From Azolla caroliniana (taxonomy: Eukaryota; Plantae; Polypodiophyta), in NCBI GenBank assembly GCA_043228905.1, contig JBHGNT010000010.1, positions 11,346,001 to 11,410,000 of the forward strand: 64,000 nucleotides of DNA, given 5' to 3'. Below, piece after piece: positions 1-12,000 of this stretch. The notes under the pieces were generated by a model. That model made no database searches. It was given only the letters and a program-made list of their open reading frames with translations, and had not been told where the DNA came from. Each line of letters begins with the position of its first letter. Positions within the stretch are counted from its first letter, which is position 1. The translations under genes were made by a program, and so were the position numbers.

Positions 1-59
1 TCCGAAGTCGAATTCGTCATCTGACTCGGTGTCGCGGCCTCTTCCGCTCCCTTCCTGCT

Positions 60-3000
60 CCCTTGCTTGGTCTTTCGAGACTGTTCTCCCCTTCAAGTTT
101 GGCACGTCGAGGTGACGCAACCCAAACACACCCGAGAACTGCCGCAACTTGTCCAGACCAAGGGGCTTGGTGAAGATGTCGGCAGTTTACCAATCCGTTG
201 GAACATACTGAAGTTCGACTTTAGCAGAAAGGACACGCTCACGAACAAAATGGTAGTGCACCTCAATGTGCTTGGTCCGTGCGTGGAAAACGGGGTTTTT
301 CACAAGCTGGATGTTGTTGAGGTTGTCGCAGTAGATCGTCGTCGGATCAGACACCTCCTCTTGCAGGTCCTTAAGTAGCCACTTCAACCATATGGCATCT
401 CATGTCGTGACAACCGCTCCTCGGTACTCAGCTTCGGTGCTCGACAGTGAAACTATCGGCTGCTTCTTACTGCTCCACGCTATCGCGACACTCCCAAGAG
501 AGAACGTGTATCTGGACGTGGATCAATGATCGGCGGCGTTGCCAGCCCAATCAATATCGGTGTAGCCGACCAACTACGAGGCTGTACCGGTCTGATATAG
601 TAGTCCCCGGTCCTTAGTGCCGCTTACGTACCACAGTACGCGTTGCGCACATTGAAGGTGCTCCTCGGTAAGTCGTGGCATGAACTGACTGATCACCCCG
701 ATTGGATAACTGAGATCGGGTCGGGTGATTGTCAAGTAGATAAGGCTTCCGACAATTTGTCGGAACCTCGTCGGGTCGCATACCTTTCCGGAATTGGGGC
801 GAAGCTTGACGGTTCTATCCAGAGGAGTCGAGATGGACTTACAGTCGGCCATCCCGAATTTGAAGAGCATACTCAACACATAATGGCATTGGCTAATCAA
901 TATGCCTTTGGGGGTACGGATCACTTCAATCCCGAGGAAGTAATGAAGATCCCCCAGATCCTTCATGTCGAACGATGCCGCAAGCTGGAGCTTCACGCGG
1001 TCGATTTCATCTAGGTCGGCGCCAGTGATGACCAAGTCATCAACATATAGTAAAATACTGATCGGACCGAGTCGACCTTTCCAGATGAACAGGGAAGAGT
1101 CCGATTTTGATGTTGCAAAACCCATCCGACGCAGTTGTTGCGTGATCTTCGCGTTCCAGGCACGCAGGGCTTGCTTCAATCCGTAAAGGGACTTCTTCAA
1201 TTGGCACACTGCCGACGTGTTCGTTCCGGAGTGAAATCCGGGGGGCTGTACCATGTACACCTATTCCTCAAGCTCACCTTGGGAGGAACGCATTCTTTAC
1301 ATCCATCTAATGTAAGTGCCACCCCTTTGCCGCAACTACCGCGAGCAAAACACGAACGGTCGTCATCTTCACGACTAGCGCAAACGGGTCATCGTAGTCG
1401 ATGCCGTGTTTCTGCGCGTAGCCTTTTGCCACTAACCGGGCCTTGTATCGGTTGACCGAGCCGTCGGTGTTGTACTTGACCTTGTACACCCACCTACATC
1501 CGATCGGCTTCACACCCTTCGGTGCGTCAACCAGGTCCCAGGTCTCGTTTTCTGCCAATGCGTGCATCTCTTCCTCCATCGCGGCATGCCAATTCACGTC
1601 CTTAACCGCATCTGCGTAGCTCTCCGGCTCACGCACTTCTGCTACATGGGTCATGTACGCATAGTGATGCGCCATGTACTTGTTGTATCCGAACTGCACA
1701 ACTGGGTTCTTCTGGTGGGTAGATCGGCGTAATCAGTCATTAGCCGATGTCGAGGTCTTCTCGGCCGACGCGGACAACACTCTTGAAGATCCGTCACCGC
1801 TTCCCTCGGAGTCGGACTCGCGTCGGTCTGACTTGTTCCTATCCGTGCCGGAATTCGACACCTTCTTCTTCCCTTTCTCTTTGCGCGTAAGCCGTCTCCT
1901 CGGCTTCCTGCGCGGGGAATGCATGGTTGAGTCTACACTACTCGCAGGCTCTTCATCGAACTGGTCGAACCGGCTTAGTCGTCCATTCGGTCCACTTAAC
2001 CGAAACAAAATCGGACTCTCTTCGCGGGTCCCGATTTCAGGCTCATCCGGAGGCATCTCAGTCTCGCTGACCTCATCGTCAGAGCTCGGATTGGAGTTGA
2101 GATCCGGAGTCGGAGGCAAGTACCAGGATGCGGAGTCATCAAACAGAACGTCGTGGCTCATGCACGCTTGTTTGGTGCACGGGTTCTAACACTTATAACC
2201 CTTTTGCTCGTTCGAGAAACCGACCAAGATACATTTCTCGGCCTTTGCATCCAGCTTCCTCCGTTTGTCCTTTGGCACATGCACATACGTAATGCTACCG
2301 AAAACTCGTAAGTTTCACAAGTTCGGCTTCGTTCCGAAATATAGCTCCTGCGCCGAAGCTTTGTCTCTGATCCGGTTCTGGATGTATACCGTGGTCCTTA
2401 CCGCCTCGGCCCAGTAGAACTTGGGCAAGCTCTTCTCCTCCAGCATTGCTCGGGCCGCTTCCACAACCGACCGATTTTTCCTCTCGGCCACGCCATTTTG
2501 CTCCGGCGTGTATCTACAACTGAATTCACGCCGAATTCCCATATGTTGTAGAGAACCGTTGAATTGACCGGAAAAGTATTCTTTTCCACCATCCGACCGC
2601 AGGCACTTGATCTTTCTTCTTGTTTCCATTTCCACGAACCCTTTGAGGTCCCGGAAACAGTCGAAGACTTCGCTCTTCCTGTCAATGAGGTAGATCCACG
2701 TGTGCCGCGTGTAGTTGTCGATGAAGGAGACGAAATATCGGCTCCCGCCAAGACTAACATTTTTGATGGCCCCCACACATCGGAGTGTATCAAGTCGAGC
2801 TTGTTCCGGCTCTGGTTATGCTCGTTGGGGAAAGGAAGTCGGTGTTGCTTCCCAAGCTAGCAGGCTTCACAAATTTGTGCCTTCCGGCCACTAAATTTGG
2901 GCAATTTGAACACCACTTGTTTCGATTGTAGGACTTGAAGCCGCTGGTAGTTTACATGGCCTATCCGCTTGTGCCATAAGTCGATGTCTAACTCGACTCT

Positions 3001-4365
3001 TTGTCCCTTCGCGAACATTGCGGTGCCACCGTCAGTAGAGTCGAGGATGAACATCCTCCCATCTCTGCACCCTTGCACAATAACACGACCTTCTTCCTCA
3101 ATGAAGCACCCGAGGTGTGTAAACCGGACCACCATCCCTTGGTCGATGATCTGTCCGACCGATACCAAGTTCTTCGTGATTGTCGGGATGTGTAGCACGT
3201 TCATGAGTTTCCCTTTCTGCCCGACATGGCTCAGGGGAACTTCTCCGACATTCGCAATCGGATGCGGAGTGTCGTCTCTGGTTGCGACTACTCCCGGTTG
3301 CATCGGTTTTTCTAGGTATGAGAACCACTCCTTATGGTTCGTGATGTGATTTGACGTGCCGGAGTCGACGTACCACACCTCGTCCAATTTCGGGGTGGTC
3401 TGCTTCATTGAGTTTGCTTTGTGTCTCGTCACGAAGGTAGACCCTTTTTCGGATCCTTCGGCGTAGTGCGATCGATGCCGGTTTCCTTTGTCAGTATGTC
3501 CGGAACCAGATCCGGAACCGGTCCTCTCCGACTCGGCGTGCTTTTTCCAGCACTCGCTCTCCCTATGTCCTTTCTTGCCACAGTACCAGCATTCCGTGGC
3601 GGGTTTCCCTTGCCGGTTCTAATCGCCTCGACTCCCCCTGTTTCCGGAGGGTCCGGAATTGCTGTCGGCATCATTTCGGTGCCTCCTTCCTTGATCTCGT
3701 CGGCCACCTCCATTGTGCACCGACTCGCCTCGTCCTCCACGTCCACAGGGCCTATCTCCCTCTGTGTATAACATCTTTTTGTCAGTGTGCTTGCTCGTTG
3801 ACGCACCCGCGTGGTTCTCCTCTACTAGGAGTATCGACTGTAAGTCGAAAAAGGACGGCGTATTCTCCCGGGTACACACAGTAGTTCGGAACGCCCCAAA
3901 CTTCGATGCCAAACCCTCGAGACAGACCTGGACCATCTCGCTTTCCTCGATGTTCACATCGATGGAAGCTAAGGAGTCGCATATGTCCTTGATCTTCGAG
4001 GTATAGTCAGCCACCGACAACTCGCGTTATTGTAGGTTGCTCAACTCCTGTCGGAGCTGAAGCTTCCTGGCTGTGGTGCTCACGGCGAAGATCTTCTTCA
4101 GATTTTCCCACACACCGTTCGGCATTTTTGCATCCCGAATGTAGCTTAATAGTTGTTCGCCCACACAAGACGCGAAATAGTACAACACTCTACTCGCTGA
4201 TTGTTCCCATGCCAGGAAGTCTCTGTGTGTCGATTCGGGTGCCACTTCATTCGCTCCTTCGACATAGCTCTAGTAACCGTGCCCAAGCAGGTACTGGTGC
4301 ATCTTGTAGGACCAACATGTGTAGTTAGTTCTGTCGAGCTTCTCTGTCGGAAGCGAGCTAGCCAT
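60..4365 (-). pseudogene. Degenerate Copia gag-pol of A1 (multiple stops and frameshifts)
   Basis: ORF pieces 4027-4245, 3619-4020, 2857-3432, 2315-2776, 1307-1699, 574-1260 and 187-387 concatenate into one polyprotein; start ATG (MASSLP) at 4365. Confidence 0.93.
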
Positions 4366-4447
4366 TCCTTTGTCCATCGCTTTTCTTGTTCTTTCTCGTT
4401 GGTTTTTCCTTCAAGCAAAGTCGGCTGTAGAGGTTCTCAACCCTCGC

Positions 4448-4459
4448 GCTCTGATACCA
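4448..4459 (-). promoter_or_regulatory. Primer-binding site, tRNA-iMet (TGGTATCAGAGC)
   Basis: Exact canonical plant iMet PBS directly after the LTR. Confidence 0.95.
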
Positions 4460-4894
4460 TGAAAAGAATGGCATGCGGAAGCAATATAGAAAACCGAACA
4501 ATAGAAAATGCAGGTTTAATGGAAAGCTTAGGTTTGCACAGTATGCACGGGAGAGACACACACAGAGAGAGAAAACACCAGAACTTTTTCAAAAATAATA
4601 CTAAATCTGTACATCGTGTGTGTTCAATGAACAATTTTATGCAAGTCCTTTTCGGACTGACAGAAGTACTGACAGTACTTCAATGCTCATTAAGGAGCCC
4701 CTACACTAACTCCCAAATATATTCCTTGCGGAATATCTTTCCGATGGCCTCTCAGTTTCTGCACCGATCCGGCCTTCCTACGCACCGGTCTGCGTACCGG
4801 TTTCCAACCGATCCGGCCTAACCGATCGGTCCCAACCGATCCGGTCCTCGGCTTGCTCAACCGATCCGGCTGATGTTGAGCTTGTCTCTCAACA
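4460..4894 (-). repeat. 5' LTR of Copia A1
   Basis: Minus strand begins TGTTGAGAGACAAGCTCAACA and ends ...TTTTCA; homologous to LTRs 39235-39620 and 49231-49616. Confidence 0.93.
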
Positions 4895-5718
4895 TTTAAG
4901 CTTGAATGGCCCTGTCAAATTAGAACCCTTTCTAAAGTAGCTGATCAGTTTACTCATAACATCACGAAACGAGGCTTTTCTAGCGACATTCAAGATGTGA
5001 GTATCTTCTCCTAGATATCTGACCTTCCCATCCATTGGCCGAGGCATGATCTTTCCACTGAAACTACACATTAACTTGATTTGATCATTGGTCGAAGCCT
5101 TAAGCCTAGCAGAATCAGGATCCACACCACCGATGGGCTTTATTTGATGGAAAACAGGTCCGAATCGGAATGGTAATCCAAAGTCGATACTTTGGATAGA
5201 TCACCATGCTGCTTCCCCTTTATTGCGGCATGATTGTTCCGATTCGTAGGGTCTAAGGGATACCCCATTGGATGGGCCGTATCTTCGTGATCGTGGTGAT
5301 GATCAAAGGAATTAGAGCTAGGGTTAAAGCTTACCTCAGAAAGACGATGTGGTGGCCAGGATGCTTTTTTGCTATCCTTACCACAATTTTCTTCTTCTCC
5401 GATGCAATAATATCCTGCATCGCCATGGATAGGAAGCTTCGAGAAGGTGTTGCTGGAGCTGTCTAGGTCAACAGAGAGGTGTTCCTGTGTGCAGAGATGG
5501 TAAATTAGGGGAGGAAATTCTTGATGATGATGATGGTGGTGGTGGTGGTGACGAGGCAGATGTTGAAGAGGAAGATGAGTATGGTGAAGATGATGATGAG
5601 TATGGTGAAGATGATGATGAGGACGATGGACATGGCGAACAAATGGGGATGTGGAGGGTTTGAGGGGGATATGATTTATGATGTATTTTGAGAAATAAAA
5701 GTGGTATAAATTGGTCAA
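4895..5718 (-). pseudogene. PB1-domain (octicosapeptide/Phox/Bem1p) plant gene fragment with His-rich N-terminus, disrupted by Copia A1
   Basis: IKLMCSFSGKIMPRPMDGKVRYLGEDTHILNV matches the plant PB1 motif KxMCSFGGKILPRPxDGKLRYVGGETRI. The frame is broken by a stop at ~5140 and cut at ...FKLK by the LTR. Confidence 0.8.
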
Positions 5719-5759
5719 ACTAGGTATATAGTGGCATTATGGTAAATAAGTTTAGGTTT

Positions 5760-5914
5760 AAGGATATTTTGGTAAATAGGGCTTGTAGATTTGAGTGTAT
5801 ATTTACTTTATAGAGTGTATTTTTTTGGACATAGGGGTAGTTTGATAAATTTGGAACTTCCAAGGGCATTCTGGTAAATAGACAAACTTCCAGGGGTATC
5901 CTAGTATTTTTCCC
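5760..5914 (-). mobile_element. Putative Mutator-like (MULE) terminal inverted repeat
   Basis: Minus strand begins GGGAAAAATACTAGGATACCCCTGGAAGTT..., with internal TTTACCA and TACCCC repeats typical of MULE TIRs. It abuts abruptly on the truncated Copia D LTR. The partner TIR is not in the window. Confidence 0.55.
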
Positions 5915-8534
5915 TTAAATGTACTTAGGAGTGGAGGATCTAGAATATCCCACTTAAGTACAAGGTCCTATTTAAGGCATTGTAGTCAACACTCCTAACT
6001 AGATTCTATCTAGGTAACTACGAAGTTAAATGGTTGACTAACTGACTAAACTAAGTTGAGCTTGATCTCTCAACATGCCCCCTCAAGCTCAAGTGTGAGG
6101 CATCCGACATCCGGTTCTGCTTTCGGCATTGTCCGGCTTTCGATGTCGGCTTCTGTGCGGTTTCCTTCAATCCTTCGGTTTTCTTCGCCATGACAATCTC
6201 CCTAGTGCGCACTAGGATACAGACTTGTTGAAGACTACGTTTCGCCTTACCCAAACTGCTCGGGTAGAAGGATTGTAGCACTTGTATGCCTTCTTCTCGG
6301 ATGAGTATCCTATGAGGATACATTCCTCCAACTTCGCGCCGGGCTTCTGTCGTTGTTCGTTCGGGATGCGTACATTCACAATGCTTCCAAACACCCTGAG
6401 GTGCGATAGGATCAGCTTCCTTCCGATGAGGAGCTCATATGGAGTTAGCTCATGTACTCCATTAGTGGTGCATCGATTCATGAGATAGACGGTTGTGGAT
6501 GCTGCTTCGGCCCAATAGAAGTTCGGCATGTGCTTCTCGTGCATCATGGCGCGTGCTACCTCGAGTATTTGCCGATTCTTCCTTTCGGCTACTCCATTTT
6601 GTTGGGGTGTGTGTCAGCGCGAGAATTCTCTTTGAATGCCTTGACTTTGGAGGTAGGAGGTGAATTCATCGGAGAAGTACTCCTTGCCTCCATCTGATCG
6701 TAGGCATCGAATGTGCCGACTGGTTTCTTTTTCGACTTGGCCCTTGAGTTTTTGGAAGTGGGAGAGCACTTCACTCTTCTTCTTTGTCAGGAAGATCCAC
6801 GCGTAGTGAGAGTAGTCGTCGATGAAGGTGACGTAGGATCAGCATCCGCCAATCGTCGGGGTTTGAGCAGGTCCCCCTACATCTGAGTCTATGATGTCGA
6901 GGAGGCCTTTTCTTGCGTAGCTCTCCTTTCGGAATGGGAGTCGATGTTGTTTTCCGAGTTGGCATGCTTTGCATACTCGGTCGACTTGAATTCTGGAAGT
7001 CCGATGACGACTCCCTTTGATTGCATTGCTCGAAGCCGTTTGAGGTTTATGTGGCCAATTCTTTTGTGCCACAACTCGATGCTTGTCTCGGTTTTGAGAC
7101 CTTTGGCATACATGGCCGATTTCACCTCATTCGAATCGAGGATGAACATGTAATCGTCTCTTCGTCACTTGGGTATGAGTCAGCCATCTTTCTCAATGAA
7201 ACAACCTTCGTTGTTGATGTGGACTTGCATGCCTTGCTGCACGATTTGGCCGACGGAGACATAATTCTTCGTTATTGTGGGCACATGAAGACATTCTTGA
7301 TGCAAGTTTCCTCGCTTTCTTTCCCGAATGGGACATTGCCGATGTGCCGAATGGGATGTGTGGTGTCGTCTCCCATCTCATTGAAGCCGGGTCGATCTGG
7401 TATACGCAAGTCATTGAACCACTCTTTGTGGGATGTCATGTGATGTGAGATGCCGGAATCGACGAACCACACGTCTTTCAAATTAGAGGTGCTTGCGGAG
7501 TCGGAGGCCGACATAGAGTTTGCTATATGCCTCATTACGAATAGTCCTCCGTAGTCATCGTATTCGGAGTTGGTTGCGTAATTCGCGAGTTGTCGACTTG
7601 TCGAAGCCGACTCACTTCTTCTTTTTCAACCATTAGCATTGATTGAAGGTCAAAGAACGAAGGATGATTTTCCCTCGCCATGATTGCCGTCCTCAACAAG
7701 TCGAATCGTTGTGCGAGGCTACCCAAGCATACTTGAACCATCTCATATTCGTCGACGTTAATTTTGATGGAGCCAAGCAAGTCGCAAATGCTCTTGATCT
7801 TGGCGGTATAGTCTGACATAGACATGTCTTTTTGCCGAATGTTGTTCAACTATTGTCGGAGTTGAAGCTTTCGGGCAGTTGTGTTGGCGGCGAACATTTT
7901 CTTTAAGTTCACCCACGCTTCTTTAGGCGTCTTGGCGTCTCGAATGTGGCTAAACATGTGGTCGTGGACACATGTTGCCAAGCAATACATGACTCGACTC
8001 ACCGCTTGCTTTTCACTAGGGAGCGAGCTACCCATTTGTGTGTTCACTTTGATGTAGTGTCTTCCTTTTTTCTTTTCTTCCTTCGATCACGGACTCGTGC
8101 TACGTAGCAACATTATGGTAGCGGATAGCCGGAATTTGTTGCTGGCATTTCGAACACACAATTATGAAGAGGCGGATGGGATTAGTGGATGTGCTAAACC
8201 ACACGCTCTGATAACATGTTAATAATTAGGTAATTAAGCAAGGTTTAATTAGTACCTAATTATGTGATTAAGTTAAGTGGAAGATTAAGAGATATGTGTA
8301 TGCATGTATGTGAGAGGAAGAGAGAGAGGAAGTTACACTTATGAACAACACAAGATGGGGGATGATTAACTCTATATTAAATTAGTATTATCATTGTCAA
8401 ATACAAAAATACCTACAATGAGGTATATATAGATCTCATGTGCAAGGGTGTACATGTGTGAGGAGAATATAGGTACAAAGGTGTAAGTCCTATATTAAAT
8501 GTACTTAGGAGTGGAGGATCTAGAATATTCCACT
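5915..8534 (-). mobile_element. Old, internally deleted Ty1/Copia element (family D)
   Basis: gag, PR and INT remnants (7850-8047, 7535-7849, 7272-7535, 6212-6547); RT/RH missing. Mutated PBS at 8205-8216. 5' LTR remnant 8217-8534 and 3' LTR remnant 5915-6075 (after PPT TTGAGGGGGCA) share TTAAATGTACTTAGGAGTGGAGGATCTAGAATAT. Confidence 0.88.
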
Positions 8535-10439
8535 CAAAAGCTTTCTTCAAGTCTACAAAGCAACAATATAAACCTTTACCTCTAAGGCGACTTTCCTCCA
8601 TTAATACTCGAAGGGTGATAAGGTGATCAATGGCGCTATGGTGTTTCCGAAAGCCAGCCTACCCATAAGCTCTCTTACCACTTTTTTCTGCCCATACACT
8701 ATCTTTGATTCCATTATACATCCAAATAGTTTTGCCATTAATGAGCCAACCATGATGGTTCGATAGTTGTTTACATTATTTATATCTCCACCTTTATATA
8801 AAGGTTTGATCCAATTTGTAGTCCAATCGTACGACATACCATGTTGCAATGCATCATTAAACATATCGCTTATCCATATATGTGCTTCCTTTCCCGTCCA
8901 TTTGAGCATTTCAGCCTTTATACATTGAAGATCGCTTTCCTTTCGAGAGGCCAATTTCTTAAGTCCTATGCATATGTCTTCAATTGTAAAGAAGGGAGAC
9001 ATATGTGAAAGAGAACCATAACACATCATCTTTCCGGCAAGAGATAACTCATATAAATTCTTACAATGCATAGACAAGTTGTGAAGAGTTAAGTCACCAT
9101 AACTCTCAACACGATTTCCCTTTAGATTTCCACAAAATTTAGCACATGCATGCGCTTTCTCTTGCGTTTGGATAAATTGTTGAGTAACTTCCCATATTCT
9201 TCTCTTTCTTTGAATAAGCCTTTTATACTCATGCAAATGCTTTTGGTAATTCTCTTTATCCTTAACTGCATCGAAAACCATAAGGCACTTTCGAGCTTCA
9301 CGACATTCTTTATCAAACAATTTTTTCCTATGTTTCTTGGTGCATTTCCAAGATGTGCGGTTGGTTGAAAAACATTTGTTTGTACATGAGAGAATGACTT
9401 TTTTGAAAGCTTCCCATTTGCATTCTCGTGTGGCACCATGTTGTATCTTTGTCATAATTTTGTAACATATCCTCAACCATCTTGGAATACATGGGTGCTC
9501 GCTTAATGTTCATGCTCAAGTGCGGTTTATTATCTTGAATAGCCTTCTCATAATCAAACCTATACATACATTTGAGATCAATACATAAAGGCCTAGGATC
9601 GGATTCCGGTGTCCATTCACCAAGGGAGAATTTATGTATACGATCCAAAATACCTTCGGAAAGTAGCACATAGTCAATCACACTATTTCCGTTGTGTTTT
9701 CTACATGTAAAACCATTAGTGTTGGGCCATAAGGAAATACCATTTGCAATAAGCAATCCGCTACTATTGCACATTTGTACGAGTAACTTCCCAAATCCGC
9801 TACTATTGCTAGAAGAGCGCTTATACATTTGCATATCCTCTTGCATCCTTGAGATATGTGGCATGAAAGATTGTTGTGGATCAAGTTGGAAACTTCTTGT
9901 ACGAGCATTCATGTCACCAAAGACAAAAACTTCCCCTTTGGATTTGATATATGCAATATCATCTTCTAGATTGGCAAACAGTTGATCTTTTTCATCACTA
10001 GAAGAGCGGTTATACATTTGCATATCCTCTTGCATCCTTGAGATATGTGGCATGAAAGATTCTTGTGGATCAAGTTGGAAACTTCTTGTACGAGCATTCA
10101 TGTCACCAAAGACAATAACTTCCCCTTTGGATTTGAAATATGCAATATCATCTTCTAGATTGGCAAACGGTGATCTTTATCCAAACAAGCATAAAAGTTA
10201 GAATCTTGATGAGGAATGTAACATCCAACTACAAAAGTGGGCAAATCATTAGGTGTTTGTATTTTGAGCCATATGTAGCATTTATTTTCATCATTTTTTA
10301 TGATTCACACATATTTCTCTATTTCCTTCTTAATCAAACATGCCACCCCTCCTTGTCCTCTTCTTTGTCTTGGATTTTTCTTCCATATCAAAGAGTGTAC
10401 ATTATAATTTCCTAAACCTTGAATCCTTTGAGTATCATG
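8535..10439 (-). mobile_element. LINE ORF2 (APE endonuclease plus N-terminal RT), 3' segment
   Basis: APE motifs GGVACLI, VFGDMNAR and SVIDYVL; RT motifs WIKPLYKGGD..NYRTI, QAGFRKHHS..DH and YCCFVDLKKAF; frameshifted, and truncated at the Copia D LTR. Confidence 0.9.
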
Positions 10440-10901
10440 TGTTACCGGCTGGCAAGAAGGCTTAAGGAGGTCCAAACCAGAGTGTGAAAAGGAATAGTTT
10501 ATTCGGGAACTGTTGTAATTAGTAGTCTTAATATATATATTAATATATGAGAAGATGTGGACGGACGGACCGGAATCGGTATGCCAATCCGGATCCGGAC
10601 CGATTCCGAAAAGGTGCCGGTTGGCACCGTTTTGTATTTCACACCAGAGACCTATATAAAGGCCCGGTTACAATGTAATCGAGAGCGGATAATTAATAGA
10701 ACTTATTGCCTTAATCTTTCAGTATTGATTACCGTTCTGTACTCATTATTATATCTTACGCGTGTTAATGATGTGTTGCTAAGTAATCGATTAAGGTCTA
10801 ATTAAGAGTTGTGCCGTAAGTCATTTTGCCGTAACACCCTTTGGTGAAGTGTCTTAAGTGGACACCCTGTGTTAGGCTGTTGTCCGGCCCTAGGATTAAC
10901 A
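10440..10901 (+). repeat. 5' LTR of Gypsy C
   Basis: TGTTACCGGCTGGC...GGATTAACA; about 18 mismatches (manual count) to the 3' LTR; followed by CAGTTTT-TGGCGAC PBS-like site. Confidence 0.95.
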
Positions 10902-11848
10902 CAGTTTTTGGCGACTGCGATTCCTGCACAATTGCAGTGAACAGCGGCGGGAATGGATGATTAGGCCAATAGACGACCCGGTTACATAGAGAGGACGAAG
11001 ACTTGCTGAACGGTGGAGGTGGCGAGAGGCTTTCCAGCAAGCAGCGGAAGAAATCCGATCGGATCGATCATTTTCCAAAGTGATCCGGAAAGTGGCGGAG
11101 GATTCGCTCCGTCTCCAACAAAATGCCTACCCGGACGAAGGGAACAGCTTAAGAAGTCTCTGGGAAGCGGAATCCCTTCTCCAGGCCTTGGCCTGAAGAG
11201 ACGGCGAATCCGAAGCATTTTCAGCGTTGGAATCAGATTTGGAAGGGCGTTACAGTGCGTTGTCACGGAGGAAACCGTCCCTAGGCGGAAACTGAGTTTA
11301 ACATGTGTAAACCGGCCCTTGCACGCGAGTGCACTTTTAGTTGTATAGTAAGTAGGTAGGTACAAGTCAGTTGAGGTGAAATCCTAGGTAGCACGCATTC
11401 AATAGGGAGAGAATCGGATTGTATCTCTGTCCGAAAGGACAGAGAATTAATATGATGTAACGGGTGATAACGGCCTCCCTCCTGGTGCTATAAAAGAGAG
11501 GGAGAGAAAGAAGAGAAATATCGCGCATTGGTGAGGAGGAAGTGTTGCTGCAGAACCGAGGGCCGAGCTCTCTCTCCCAATCGTCGTTCTCCGTGGGTGT
11601 CGGGAGTTCGCAGCCTCTGCTTCGTGGACAGCCCGTGCGCTCCCGGCAGAGGCTCTCCCCCCCCCCCCCCCCCCTTTTGTTTTCTTGAGTCAAGTGTGTT
11701 CTGTCGGTGTGCGTGAGAGGGAACCCCGTGTCGGGCCCATCACCGCCTTGCCGGTTGTAACCGTCAGAGTTTGCAATCTCTGAATATTGTAATCCACTAT
11801 TACTGTAATTAAGTGTGTCGTTTGTTTCTCTTTCTTTCTCCCTGTTGC

Positions 11849-11894
<46 letters not shown>

Positions 11895-11960
11895 CCTCGG
11901 TTCAAGGCCCCCGTGGTCCCGCCTCTTTCTACACGCACGCTCGTAACAATGCGACATATT

Positions 11961-11977
11961 TGGTGAACCCGACGTGA
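11961..11977 (+). promoter_or_regulatory. PBS complementary to the 3' end of plant tRNA-Trp(CCA)
   Basis: TGGTGAACCCGACGTGA is the reverse complement of ...TCACGTCGGGTTCACCA (tRNA sequence recalled from memory). Element F has the same site with one mismatch at 28397-28413. Confidence 0.82.
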
Positions 11978-12000
11978 AAGGGCGGCAAAGGAGTCGAAAG

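Larger units (their letters stand above)
1..4894 (-). mobile_element. Ty1/Copia LTR retrotransposon, family A copy 1 (3' LTR outside window)
   Basis: Minus-strand order gag, zinc knuckle (CWYCGKKGH), PR (WYVDSG), GAG-pre-INT (LWHKRIGH), INT (LRSDGGKEY), RT (LYVDDL), RH (HARTKHIEVHYHFVRE). 5' LTR 4460-4894 and tRNA-iMet PBS. Closely similar to the copy at 39235-49616. Confidence 0.96.
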
